Source of the DNA: Clostridia bacterium
GTDB taxonomy: Bacteria; Bacillota; Clostridia; Christensenellales; UBA1242
DNA: 64,000 bases
Direction of reading: 5' to 3'
Assembly (NCBI GenBank): GCA_009929275.1
Contig: SAAW01000001.1
Location: forward strand, 26,924 to 90,923
Below the pieces are notes generated by a model. It searched no databases and had not been told where the DNA came from. It worked only from the letters and a program-made list of their open reading frames with translations. Below are positions 35,645-45,358 of this stretch, piece by piece. The position numbers and the translations under genes were made by a program. How positions within the stretch are numbered: the stretch's first letter is position 1; every line of letters starts with the position of its first letter.

Positions 35645-36571
35645 TTTTCTCTTTAACCTCAAGTCTTTGTTGTCCATTTTAAGCAAGATTGAATTTCTTT
35701 TATTGCAAAGCCTGCTAAAAACTCTCTCGCCATATTTTTCTAAAATGCCTTCAAGTGAAAGATTTGTGGTTATAATCGTGCTTTTATTTTTCGTTAAGCG
35801 TTCGTTTATGATGAGATAGAAATATTCTTCCGTAACATTTTTTAATTTTGGCTCTGTTCCAAGGTCGTCGATAATAAGAACGTCTGCATTGAGAACTCCG
35901 TCAAGCAGGCTAGATTTTGAGTCATCAAATGTTGTGTGAAATTTCAAAAATAAATTGTTTAAAGCAAAAGCTGAGAAAAAACACACCGGAATATCTTTTT
36001 TTAAAAGTTTATTGCAAATGCACTCGACCAGAAAAGTCTTTCCAACGCCTGTTTTACCCGAAAAAAGTAGGTTTTTATATTCGCTTTCTTCAATTTTATC
36101 GCACCAATTTTCAATCTTTTCGTATATTTTTTTAATTTTTTCTTTATCGTCAAAAATCTCAAAATCTGCCTTTTCAAAAGAGTGAGAATTGTCCACATTC
36201 ATTCCCACATTGTTGACAAGTTCCTTGTTTAATTTTTTATAGTAGCACCCGCAAAGTTTTCCCCCAACATAACCCGTGTCATTACATTTTTTGCAAGAAT
36301 ATTTTGGTTCAAAATCACAAAAATTAAGCCCCATTTTTGCAAGAATTTTCCTTGCTTCGATTGTTATTTTTGAGAGTTCCTTTGTTTTTTCATCACAATT
36401 TTTCTTTTCAAACGAAAGTTTTGAGATGTCAAAATTAAGTGAGCGCATTTGAAGATAAAGTTTTTTAAACTCCAAGTTTTTCATAGCATCGCTAAAATTC
36501 TTCTCCGCCAAAGTTTCGGATTTTTCTTTGCTCAATTTTAAATCTAATAAAACTTTCAATTTTATATTCAT
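35642..36571 (-). CDS. dnaI: replicative helicase loader, DnaI/DnaC-type AAA+ ATPase with an N-terminal zinc module
   Basis: 309 aa. CKKCNDTGYVGGKLCGCY zinc motif, Walker A GKTGVGKTFL, Walker B LIIDDLGTE. Immediately downstream of a DnaD-domain gene, as in the B. subtilis dnaB-dnaI pair. Confidence 0.75.
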   Translation of the reverse strand: MNIKLKVLLDLKLSKEKSETLAEKNFSDAMKNLEFKKLYLQMRSLNFDISKLSFEKKNCDEKTKELSKITIEARKILAKMGLNFCDFEPKYSCKKCNDTGYVGGKLCGCYYKKLNKELVNNVGMNVDNSHSFEKADFEIFDDKEKIKKIYEKIENWCDKIEESEYKNLLFSGKTGVGKTFLVECICNKLLKKDIPVCFFSAFALNNLFLKFHTTFDDSKSSLLDGVLNADVLIIDDLGTEPKLKNVTEEYFYLIINERLTKNKSTIITTNLSLEGILEKYGERVFSRLCNKRNSILLKMDNKDLRLKRK

Positions 36572-36625
36572 CTTTTCTTCTTTTAATTTCCAAATTTTAA
36601 GAAAAACATTTTAATTTGAAAAAAA

Positions 36626-38086
36626 TTAAATGTTAATTTCATCAAGGTTGTCAAACAAAGCACTAACTTCTTCCGAAGTATATGTCTTGTTTTGTGAAAA
36701 TGATTTGCCCACAAAATTGCTGTTTTTTTCCACATTCACGGCAATCTTCTGCTTTTTGATATCCTCGAGTTTTACAAGCCCCAAGTCGTGCCAATTTGTT
36801 AGGATTGCATTTGCGTATTTGAGTGCGTTTATTTTGTCTTTGGAAAGTTCCGTCGCATACATAATGATGTCGTCCGAAAATTTATAAGTTTCCGTCCAAG
36901 TTTTAAAGAAGGCTCTGTCAAAACTATTCACCCGCCTGTCCAAATTAAGTGCCGACAAAATGAGTTTAATCTTCCCGTCAAGAGTCATAACTTCGCCTAG
37001 ATAGTTGTCAATCCCGCTTATTGACGTTAGCCCAAGTTTATAAAATTTTTGCACAATCAAATCCATTCCGTCCAGAGTTCTCACATTGTTTTTAAAGCAA
37101 AAATTGGCAATCTGCACGAGCGCTTGCTCATTAAATCCCTTTGAAAGCCAAGGCAATATGTAAATATCAATCTCATTTTCGACAGATTCATAATAGATGC
37201 CAATTGCCTTATTAACTTCCCTTGAAAGCGTCGTCAAATCGCTTTTGTTAGCCTCATATTCTTCCATTTCTCCAAAAGTCATCAGTTTAAGTTCAAAATA
37301 TTTTGTCAGCAACTTATCAAGCATCTCAAAGCTATAATTTTTTGTTTTTGCAGAGATTTTTTTGGCAAGAAGTAAAATATTTGTCAGGAAAAATCCAAAA
37401 GACTTTGTCCACTTTTCATAGAGTTGTTGATGCTCGATGGACAAGTTCCCCTTGAATTTGAGTGCTTTCGCCACTTGACTTATGTCCGAAGTGGTTAGAG
37501 TTAAGTTTTCAATCTTCTCCTCAATCTTTTCCGCTGTCCTAACGCCCTCTTCTGCCCACACTCGTGCCACTGTCAAAATGTAGTTTGAATTGATTGAGTC
37601 ACCCTTTTTCTCCACGCAATACTTCACAATCATATTAAAATCACAAGGTTGAATGTTGAAATTTTCAATAAAATCAATGTATTTATAATATTCGTTTGGA
37701 CCAATCTGCCTGCCTGTGATAATCTCTTGAACTTCAGTCACAAAGGAACTATATTTTTTATTTTCAATTTTTTTGCAATTTCTTATGGCGTCTTTAATAG
37801 GGAGATATCGAATTTCCACAGGATTGACTTCCAAAATCTGCACCAAATTTTGTTCTTGCCAATATTCAAAACTCTTCATAACCTCTTCTTTTGAAACCCC
37901 AAGGACATTGACAAAGTTTTCAATATTATTGTCTGCCCCAGCACTGTTTTGGCATTTTAAAAGTCCAAAAAGATAAACTTTCAGATAGTTTTCAGGGGCA
38001 AACGGAAGATAATCGTTCAAAAAACGACCGTCAATGTTTATGAAACTATTTCCGATGAAAGAACTAGAATGTTTGCAAAAAGACAT
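36626..38086 (-). CDS. DnaD-domain replication initiation / membrane attachment protein (B. subtilis DnaB-like)
   Basis: 486 aa. N-terminal winged-helix-like region and two DnaD/DnaB_2-like helical repeats. Paired with dnaI. Confidence 0.68.
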   Translation of the reverse strand: MSFCKHSSSFIGNSFINIDGRFLNDYLPFAPENYLKVYLFGLLKCQNSAGADNNIENFVNVLGVSKEEVMKSFEYWQEQNLVQILEVNPVEIRYLPIKDAIRNCKKIENKKYSSFVTEVQEIITGRQIGPNEYYKYIDFIENFNIQPCDFNMIVKYCVEKKGDSINSNYILTVARVWAEEGVRTAEKIEEKIENLTLTTSDISQVAKALKFKGNLSIEHQQLYEKWTKSFGFFLTNILLLAKKISAKTKNYSFEMLDKLLTKYFELKLMTFGEMEEYEANKSDLTTLSREVNKAIGIYYESVENEIDIYILPWLSKGFNEQALVQIANFCFKNNVRTLDGMDLIVQKFYKLGLTSISGIDNYLGEVMTLDGKIKLILSALNLDRRVNSFDRAFFKTWTETYKFSDDIIMYATELSKDKINALKYANAILTNWHDLGLVKLEDIKKQKIAVNVEKNSNFVGKSFSQNKTYTSEEVSALFDNLDEINI

Positions 38087-38184
38087 TTCCTCTCCTTATT
38101 TTTCATTTTAAATTGTATCAAAGAAATGAAAATCTTTCAATCTCTAAACGAAAGTTTTTTAAAATCTTTGTGTCACTTGCACAA

Positions 38185-39345
38185 CTAACCTTTCTCTAAA
38201 TTAATGTCAAATTTGCAATTTTCCACAACACATTTTTCGTTTAGCTGATTATATATGAATTGCAAATCCACATCTTTTTCAAAAGGTGCCACCAAATCAA
38301 ACCTTATTTTAGCACAATTTTTGTCTTTCACAACATCAAAATCGTGAATATAAAAATCCTCATCAATATTTTTTAAAATAACTAATATTTTTTTTCTTAA
38401 AAATTTATTGTTTTCGTCGTCAATATCGACAAATTCAACGTGAATTGTCAAGTTTATGTTAAAATCATTTTTAAATTTTTTTTCAATTATATACATTTCT
38501 TGGGATATTCTCAAAGTGTCGTTTTTGACATTTACCTCGACATCAACACTTGCAAAATATTTTTTTGCGCCATAGCTGTGCAAAACAAAATTATAGACAC
38601 CGAGGACACAATCAAACGCCAAGATTTCTTTTTTAATATTATCTATAAACTCTTTTTTTGGCATTTCTCCCAAAAGTGGACTAATCATTTCTTTGATTAA
38701 TTTTATGCTTGATAAAATCACCAAAACGGAGAGAATAAGACCAAAAAGTCCGTCGACGCTCACTCCAACATTGCCAAAAACTTTTATAAATATCATTGCA
38801 AAAAGCACAACAGATGATGAAATGACGTCATTTCTACTGTCCATTGCACTAGCACGCAAAGTGTCACTTTTAATACTTTTTGCAAAATCTTTGTAGAGGA
38901 GCATTTGAAAAAATTTTATCACAACCGCACTTCCCAAAAACACAAAGGTCACTGTGCTGACTTTCACTTCGTCTGGATTAATCAGTCTTTCAATGCTTTT
39001 TTCAAAAAAAAATAACCCCACTCCAAAGACAATGACAGAAATGATGAGCGCCATAACTTGTTCAATTCTCTCGTGACCAAAGGGGTGAGTTCTGTCGGCG
39101 GGCTTTAAGCAATATTTAAAGCCATAAACGAGCAAATTTGAACTGACAAAGTCAAAAAAATTATTCACGGCATCTGCCACAATTGTTATGCTCCCGGCCA
39201 AAAACCCCACAGAGATTTTTCCCACAAAAAGAATAAAATTTGTTATAATCCCAAAAATTCCAGCAACTATGCCATATCTAGTCCTAACAATCTCGTCTTC
39301 TGTGTTTTTATAATCTCTCACGCACAACTTTTTTAAAAAATTCAT
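38185..39345 (-). CDS. cation diffusion facilitator (CDF) family transporter
   Basis: 386 aa. Six TM helices with AGSITIVADAVNNFFD and HPFGHERIE motifs, plus a C-terminal cytoplasmic domain. Confidence 0.8.
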   Translation of the reverse strand: MNFLKKLCVRDYKNTEDEIVRTRYGIVAGIFGIITNFILFVGKISVGFLAGSITIVADAVNNFFDFVSSNLLVYGFKYCLKPADRTHPFGHERIEQVMALIISVIVFGVGLFFFEKSIERLINPDEVKVSTVTFVFLGSAVVIKFFQMLLYKDFAKSIKSDTLRASAMDSRNDVISSSVVLFAMIFIKVFGNVGVSVDGLFGLILSVLVILSSIKLIKEMISPLLGEMPKKEFIDNIKKEILAFDCVLGVYNFVLHSYGAKKYFASVDVEVNVKNDTLRISQEMYIIEKKFKNDFNINLTIHVEFVDIDDENNKFLRKKILVILKNIDEDFYIHDFDVVKDKNCAKIRFDLVAPFEKDVDLQFIYNQLNEKCVVENCKFDINLEKG

Positions 39346-39349
39346 TAAC

Positions 39350-39616
39350 TTACCAGTCTTCTCTCACAAATTTATTTTTTTGCTTGATGTCGTTATAAAA
39401 ATCTTCATATTCTCTCTTAAAATTCTGTTTTTTAGGAGCGAAATCTTCTCTTTCAAATGACTCGCAATCTTGCTTTTCTGCCAACTTTAAAAGTTCTAAA
39501 TTGCTCAATTCTGCTTTTTTATTTTTGGCAATTTTTGCATTTTCTTTTTTGCCATATACAACTAATTTTTCATCTCTTTCAGTAAAATTTTCGTTCATAA
39601 AAACTCCTAATATCAA
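39350..39616 (-). CDS. small charged hypothetical protein
   Basis: 88-aa ORF. Its stop is 4 nt upstream of the CDF start. Lys/Glu-rich. Confidence 0.4.
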   Translation of the reverse strand: MILGVFMNENFTERDEKLVVYGKKENAKIAKNKKAELSNLELLKLAEKQDCESFEREDFAPKKQNFKREYEDFYNDIKQKNKFVREDW

Positions 39617-39706
39617 TTAAAAATAATATGATTTTTATATCAAATTTGTTTCTTTTTTTAGTAAAACTCGCTTAAAAATGTTTTATAAATTTATAAAAAA
39701 TATATA

Positions 39707-40552
39707 TTATTTTGCGTTTTCAACCCACTTGCTATCAAGCCACTCTGGGTATCTTGTGAAACTCTTTCCACTTAAATTTTCTATAAGTCCACCTAAATTT
39801 TTATCAAAAACAAGTTCAAAACAGCACAGTTTTTGATAAACTTGGTGAAATTTTTCATTGACTTTTTTCTCTCCATACTTGCTGTCGCCCAAAATTGGGT
39901 GTCCCAAAAAAGCAAGGTGAGCGCGAATTTGATGAGTCTTTCCCGTTATAAGTTCACATTCCACAAGGCTTGTTTGACTGCCGTGTTTGATTGTCTTAAA
40001 TCGTGTTAAGATTTCCACAGTCTTTGGCTTTTTTTCTTTTGAGATAAACACAAGCGACTTTTTTGCATCTTTAAACAAATATGCTCTCTCAATAGTCCCT
40101 TTAAATTTGGTGTCACCAATCACTTCGCACACATATTTTTTCTTAACAAGTCCATCTTTAAAAACTTTTTCAAGAAGCGTTTTTGCTTCAATATTTTTAG
40201 CAAATACATTAAGTCCTTGTGTATTTCTGTCTAGTCTATGCACGGCAAAAGCAGATAGTCTGCCCTCCATTCCGTCTTCTCCAGTGCTTTCAATGCCTGA
40301 ATATTTCAGGGCAATAATGACATTTTCATCTTCAAAAAATTTCTCAATCTCTCTAACTTTCTTTTCACTTTGAGAAAAACACACAACTTCGTCATCTTTA
40401 AACAACTCAATATTTGTAGACACTTTTTTACCGTTAATTCTCAAATCTTTATTTTTAAGCATTTTTTTGACAGCAAAAAAAGCAAAACCCTTGTCTTGCA
40501 AAAATTTCTCAAGAGACGAATCATTTTCAACCTTAAATTTTTTCATTTCCAT
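39707..40552 (-). CDS. RluA-family pseudouridine synthase with an N-terminal S4 domain
   Basis: 281 aa. HRLDRNTQGL (catalytic Asp) and GKTHQIRAHLA motifs. Confidence 0.85.
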   Translation of the reverse strand: MEMKKFKVENDSSLEKFLQDKGFAFFAVKKMLKNKDLRINGKKVSTNIELFKDDEVVCFSQSEKKVREIEKFFEDENVIIALKYSGIESTGEDGMEGRLSAFAVHRLDRNTQGLNVFAKNIEAKTLLEKVFKDGLVKKKYVCEVIGDTKFKGTIERAYLFKDAKKSLVFISKEKKPKTVEILTRFKTIKHGSQTSLVECELITGKTHQIRAHLAFLGHPILGDSKYGEKKVNEKFHQVYQKLCCFELVFDKNLGGLIENLSGKSFTRYPEWLDSKWVENAK

Positions 40553-40598
40553 ATCAATTATGTTAACACAAAAAGCCGTTTGTGTTAATCTTCTTTTT

Positions 40599-42809
40599 TT
40601 ATTTCATAAGATTTTCTAAATATTCCTTAATTTCAATCAATTCTTCAATCATCGTTGACGCCCCGCCAGTCAACCCAATTTTTGTTTTGCTCGAAAGTTT
40701 AATTTCTTTCAAACAGTCTTTCACTTCATTAATGTTTTCCACAAAATATGCTTTTGTGTGTTTGCTAACATTATCAAAAAGTTCCTTTGTGTTGCTTGAA
40801 TTTTTCCCGCCGACGACAAACATAATATCCACTTCTTTTGCCAACTCCACAGAACTCAAATTAATTTCTTTTTGAGCGTTGCAAGTGGTGTTTTTATATT
40901 CAAACTGCTTTCCAATTTTTTCAAATTTTTCTTTTAAAATTTTGATTATTTCAACTGCAAGCGAATAGGAAAAAGTGGTCTGAACGACGAGATAATAACT
41001 TTCAAAGTGAGTATCAATTTTTATTGCATCTTCCTCGTCTTCCACAAAAAGGGGTTTATTACAATACCCTGCCGTGCCCAAAACTTCAGGGTGCATTTCC
41101 CCGTTTTTTTTGCCATATTTCCCGACTATAATAATCTTTTTGCCCTCAGTTTCTTTCATCTGAACAAGTTTATTTATTGCCTTAACATTCGGACAAGTGC
41201 AATCCAAATATTTGATGCCTTTGTTTTCAAAAAATTCAAAGGTTGATTTTGGCTCACCATGTGCACGAATGACAGCAATATCATCACTCTTAAAATCAGT
41301 TAAATTTTGATATTCACTCACTCCAAGATTTGAAAGTTCACTGACAACTCGCTTGTTGTGAAGAAGTTCCTTATAAAGCACTATATTCTCTCTAACATTC
41401 GCACTATCTTTCACCATAGAAAATGCTCTGTTTGAGCCATAACAAAGACAGCATTTTTGTGCAATATAGACGCTTTGTTTTTGGTTTAACTCAATTGACG
41501 ACAAAAGTAAAAGCGTTATGATATAAATAAAAATATCCATAGTCGCCGCTTGGTCGGTTATCCCGGAAAGTTCAATAAGAATGATGATGCCGATTAAAAA
41601 GAAGTTTGATTTATTATATTTTTTGAACATAATTTGATATTTTTTGAAGTAAAAATAACAAATCAAAACTGTTCCGACAATTCCAAGAGTTGTGAGAAAT
41701 TGAAGAGGGGTGTTGTGAGCCATAACGACTTTTGTCTCTAGTTCAAGGGACGGAATATTCTCTGTCGTGACAAAACCATAGCCAAAAATAGGATTTTGCA
41801 AAAACTTTTCAAAACACCACGTCCAAAGATCCGATCTGCCAAGATTAAAATTGTTTGTAAATCTGCCAATAAAAGATTCAATAAGAGGATATATATTATC
41901 GATAAAAATGACACAAAACAAAAATAATATTGAAAAAATCAATATGAAAGTTATTAAAAATTGTCGCTTATTCTTTGAATTTTTAACCATAATTATGGTG
42001 AAAAAGATTAAGGGTAAAAAAGATAGTAAAATCATCATTCTGGAATATGTGAAAAAAACCATAAGGGTAAAAAACAAAGATAGCAAAAAATATAAATAGT
42101 CATTTTTCTTTTTATATCCAATGGCAAATGAAGCAATCATTCCCATAGTTAAAAAAAGCGCTACAACATTTATGTTTTGTGAGCCAATTCTATAACAACG
42201 CCTTTGAATTATAGACAAGACAATATCGTCGCTTGACAAATGAGTGAAAAGAAGTTGAACTGAAATGAAAATTGCTCCACAGAGAAAAAGATAGAGGAGA
42301 TATTTTTTCAAATCTTTGCAGAAATTGATTGACGTCCAATAGAAAAAATAGGAAACAAGGCAAAATCCCAAAACGACAACTGATGTTAAAATGTTGAAAT
42401 TACCAATAATTCCACCCAAAAGATAGGCAATGTTGGCGACGACAAGTGGCCAAAACAATTTGCCTTTTTTAAGTGGAGTCTTAAACTTTTTGCTTTCAAT
42501 TAGTTTTTTGACAACAAAATAGATGATTGATATGACAACTATACCTATGCACGAGCCATAGACAACCCAGTTTGCGACTGAATAGAATATGTATTGCACA
42601 AAAAAATGAATGTAGAGAATTGGAGCAAAGGCGACTTTAACATCTTCACAAAAGAAGAAAACAAAGCAGACATATATCGCAAAAACGCACACTGTTATGC
42701 CAACAAAATCAATTGCCCAAAAAAACACTGCAAAAGCGAATAACGCAGGCATCGACCATTTTGATTGAACTAAAGACTTAATTTTATTTAGCACCATTAA
42801 AATTTTCAC
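40599..42809 (-). CDS. ispH: fusion protein: N-terminal O-antigen-ligase/Wzy_C-like polytopic membrane domain plus C-terminal 4-hydroxy-3-methylbut-2-enyl diphosphate reductase (IspH/LytB)
   Basis: 736-aa continuous ORF. The first about 455 aa contain about 12 TM helices with a large loop (AHNTPLQFLTTLGIVG). The C-terminal about 280 aa carry all the IspH landmarks: CLCYGSNRAF, LHN, RAHGEP, DCTCPNV, HPEVLG, VVQTT, NTTCNAQ, GGKNSSNTKEL and GGASTM. Confidence 0.75.
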   Translation of the reverse strand: MKILMVLNKIKSLVQSKWSMPALFAFAVFFWAIDFVGITVCVFAIYVCFVFFFCEDVKVAFAPILYIHFFVQYIFYSVANWVVYGSCIGIVVISIIYFVVKKLIESKKFKTPLKKGKLFWPLVVANIAYLLGGIIGNFNILTSVVVLGFCLVSYFFYWTSINFCKDLKKYLLYLFLCGAIFISVQLLFTHLSSDDIVLSIIQRRCYRIGSQNINVVALFLTMGMIASFAIGYKKKNDYLYFLLSLFFTLMVFFTYSRMMILLSFLPLIFFTIIMVKNSKNKRQFLITFILIFSILFLFCVIFIDNIYPLIESFIGRFTNNFNLGRSDLWTWCFEKFLQNPIFGYGFVTTENIPSLELETKVVMAHNTPLQFLTTLGIVGTVLICYFYFKKYQIMFKKYNKSNFFLIGIIILIELSGITDQAATMDIFIYIITLLLLSSIELNQKQSVYIAQKCCLCYGSNRAFSMVKDSANVRENIVLYKELLHNKRVVSELSNLGVSEYQNLTDFKSDDIAVIRAHGEPKSTFEFFENKGIKYLDCTCPNVKAINKLVQMKETEGKKIIIVGKYGKKNGEMHPEVLGTAGYCNKPLFVEDEEDAIKIDTHFESYYLVVQTTFSYSLAVEIIKILKEKFEKIGKQFEYKNTTCNAQKEINLSSVELAKEVDIMFVVGGKNSSNTKELFDNVSKHTKAYFVENINEVKDCLKEIKLSSKTKIGLTGGASTMIEELIEIKEYLENLMK

Positions 42810-43006
42810 CTTAATTATAAATATTTCAAATAATTTTATTTTTTTATTATATCATACTTTTTGATAATAAAGGAATAGTTTTTTTATAAAAGAACTGTTC
42901 AATTTATTAATGCAAATGTATGACTTTTTGTTTGCGGAAATTTTAATTTTAGGCTAATCTTAATATATCTTAATGCTAAAATATATAAATTATTTCGAGG
43001 TTTTTA

Positions 43007-44188
43007 ATGATAAAAAAAGAGACTAAAAAACTTAAAATTGGACTTTTTATCGATGTTTTCTATCCTATGGTCGACGGCGTTATTGTTGTGGTGGACAACT
43101 ATGCTCGTAGGCTATGCAAATTTGCCGATGTGACAGTTTTTGCCCCAACAGGACGCAAAGATTTCGATGACAGCACTCTTCCATACAAAGTGGTGAGATG
43201 TCGCTCGCGTTTAAAACTGATATTCTTAGATTATGATTTGAGTTTGCCAAGTTTGGACAAAGATTTTAAAAAGGCACTGCGAGAAAGTGATTTAGATATT
43301 GTCCACATTCATTCTCCTTTCAGCATTGGAAAACAGGGATTAAAATATGCAAAAAAACACAATATTCCAGTTGTTTCAACAATGCATAGCCAATTTAAAA
43401 AAGATTTTCTCAAAAACACTCATTCAAAATTATTGACAAATATTATGCTAAAAAAGATTATGAAAGTATTCAATTCTTGTGATGAATGTTGGGCGGTAAA
43501 CGACAATATTGGCAATGTTTTTGTCGAATATGGTGCAAAAAAGACGCCAAAAACTCAAAATAACGGCACAGATTTGAAACTTATGACAGATAACAAAAAA
43601 TTGGAAGAACTTAGAAAAAAATATAACATTTTAAAAGAAGAAAAAGTTTTCCTTTTTGTCGGAAGAATTGACAAACTAAAAAATATTTTTTTCACCGTGG
43701 ACGCTTTGAAAATCCTCAAAGACAAAGGATTTAAGTTTAAGATGATTTTTGTGGGTGGCGGAATTGACGAAAAAGAACTTCAAAATAAAATTACAAATGA
43801 AAATCTTTCAAAAAACATAATCCTTGCTGGGAAAATCTTTGACAGAAACGAACTTGCTTGCCATTATGCGCTTGCAGACCTCTTTCTTTTCCCTTCTCTC
43901 TATGACGCCAGTTCTCTTGTTCAAATTGAAGCCGCCTCACAAAAAACCCCAACAGTTTTTATCAGAGGCGCCGTCACCGCAGGAACAGTCACAGAGAATG
44001 TAAATGGCTTTTTAAGCGAAAACGATGCTTCATCTTTTGCACAAAAAATTATTGATATCTTTTGTGATGAAAATTTCTATAATCAAGTTTGTGACTCGGC
44101 GTATAAAGACCTTTATGTTTCTTGGGACGATGCTGTCAAAAAGGCATATGACGACTATCTTAAACTTATCGAAAAGAAACAAAAATAA
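43007..44188 (+). CDS. glycosyltransferase family 4
   Basis: 393 aa. The C-terminal region FLFPSLYDASSLVQIEAASQKTP is EX7E-like. Confidence 0.78.
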   Translation: MIKKETKKLKIGLFIDVFYPMVDGVIVVVDNYARRLCKFADVTVFAPTGRKDFDDSTLPYKVVRCRSRLKLIFLDYDLSLPSLDKDFKKALRESDLDIVHIHSPFSIGKQGLKYAKKHNIPVVSTMHSQFKKDFLKNTHSKLLTNIMLKKIMKVFNSCDECWAVNDNIGNVFVEYGAKKTPKTQNNGTDLKLMTDNKKLEELRKKYNILKEEKVFLFVGRIDKLKNIFFTVDALKILKDKGFKFKMIFVGGGIDEKELQNKITNENLSKNIILAGKIFDRNELACHYALADLFLFPSLYDASSLVQIEAASQKTPTVFIRGAVTAGTVTENVNGFLSENDASSFAQKIIDIFCDENFYNQVCDSAYKDLYVSWDDAVKKAYDDYLKLIEKKQK

Positions 44189-44214
44189 AATTAATATTAT
44201 AACAATCTAAAAAT

Positions 44215-44240
44215 TCACTAGTTTTTCTGGTGATTTTTTC
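44215..44240 (+). terminator. rho-independent terminator
   Basis: Stem tcactag / ctggtga (one G-U wobble) with loop ttttt, followed by T6. Confidence 0.5.
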
Positions 44241-44283
44241 TGTTTGCGTTCGCACATATTTATTTTTTTTATATTATAAAATA

Positions 44284-45168
44284 CTATAAATTTACATCAA
44301 TTTCGCCTTCAAAAACTTTTTTTGAGTCACCTTTTAGAAACATTCCTTTTTTGGTCTCTCTAACTCTGAGTTTTCCTCCTTTTAGAAATAGTAGAACTTC
44401 TTTTTTTGAATCTGCCATCGCTTTTTTTATGGCAACTGCCGCCACAGCACAAGCCCCCGTTCCGCAAGACAAAGTTTCACCACTTCCCCTTTCCCACACT
44501 CTGACTTTAAACCTATTTCTCCCCAAATCATTCACAAATTCTGTGTTTATTCTTTCTGGAAAAACAGGGTGATTTTCAAATTTTGCACCAATTTTTTCTA
44601 ATTCCAATTTGTCAACATCTTCTTCCACAAAAACAACACAATGAGGATTTCCCATTGACACACAACAAACTTTATAGTTTTTATCTTTAATTTTTAGGAT
44701 TTCATTTTCGTTTAGGAGTGTGGGGATTTTTTCTTTGTCAAATTCGGGAAATCCCATATTAACACTCACACTTATAACTCTGCCATTTTTTATTTTTTGT
44801 TGCACAATTTTAATCCCACTTGCAGTTTGAATCTTTAAAGTTAGACTTCCATTCCCTCGCCTTATGTTCTCGATTTCACTTTTCGAAAAATTCAAATTTT
44901 CAAGGCAATTTTTTTCGTCAAACAAAAATCTTGCCAAACAACGAATGGCATTACCGCACATTTTGCCTTCACTGCCATCAGCATTAAACATCTGCATTCT
45001 TGCATCTGCTTTGATAGATTTTTTGATGAGAACAAGCCCGTCTGCCCCCACGCCAAAGTGACGGTTAGACAAAATTGAACTTAATTTGGAGGTATTTTTT
45101 ATTATATTTTCATAGTCTTCAATAAAAATATAGTCATTTCCCGTGCCTTGCATTTTAACAAACTTCAT
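44284..45168 (-). CDS. dapF: diaminopimelate epimerase
   Basis: 294 aa. MKFVKMQGTGNDYIFI start and the two catalytic Cys contexts (MCGNAIRC and LSCGTGACA). Confidence 0.9.
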   Translation of the reverse strand: MKFVKMQGTGNDYIFIEDYENIIKNTSKLSSILSNRHFGVGADGLVLIKKSIKADARMQMFNADGSEGKMCGNAIRCLARFLFDEKNCLENLNFSKSEIENIRRGNGSLTLKIQTASGIKIVQQKIKNGRVISVSVNMGFPEFDKEKIPTLLNENEILKIKDKNYKVCCVSMGNPHCVVFVEEDVDKLELEKIGAKFENHPVFPERINTEFVNDLGRNRFKVRVWERGSGETLSCGTGACAVAAVAIKKAMADSKKEVLLFLKGGKLRVRETKKGMFLKGDSKKVFEGEIDVNL

Positions 45169-45231
45169 AAAATAAAATATGAAAACTCGGCTTTTTTTGT
45201 GAAATATAATATGAAAGAAAAGGACGAAAAT

Positions 45232-45321
45232 AATAAGACTTTCCTTTGGAAAGTCTTATTGCCCCCTCCAAAAAAGTATTTTTTTAAAGGGGGCAGTGAA
45301 AATAGTAATGGCTATTTTCAC
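45232..45321 (-). other. three contiguous perfect stem-loops between asnB and dapF (terminator plus possible regulatory RNA or sRNA)
   Basis: Hairpins at 45232-45260 (13-bp stem, 3-nt loop), 45260-45295 (8-bp G/C-rich stem tgccccct/agggggca, 20-nt loop) and 45296-45321 (10-bp stem gtgaaaatag/ctattttcac). On the minus strand the last one is followed by a U-rich tract. Confidence 0.6.
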
Positions 45322-45358
45322 AATTTTCGCCCACACATATTTTCTTTTTTTTCAATTT

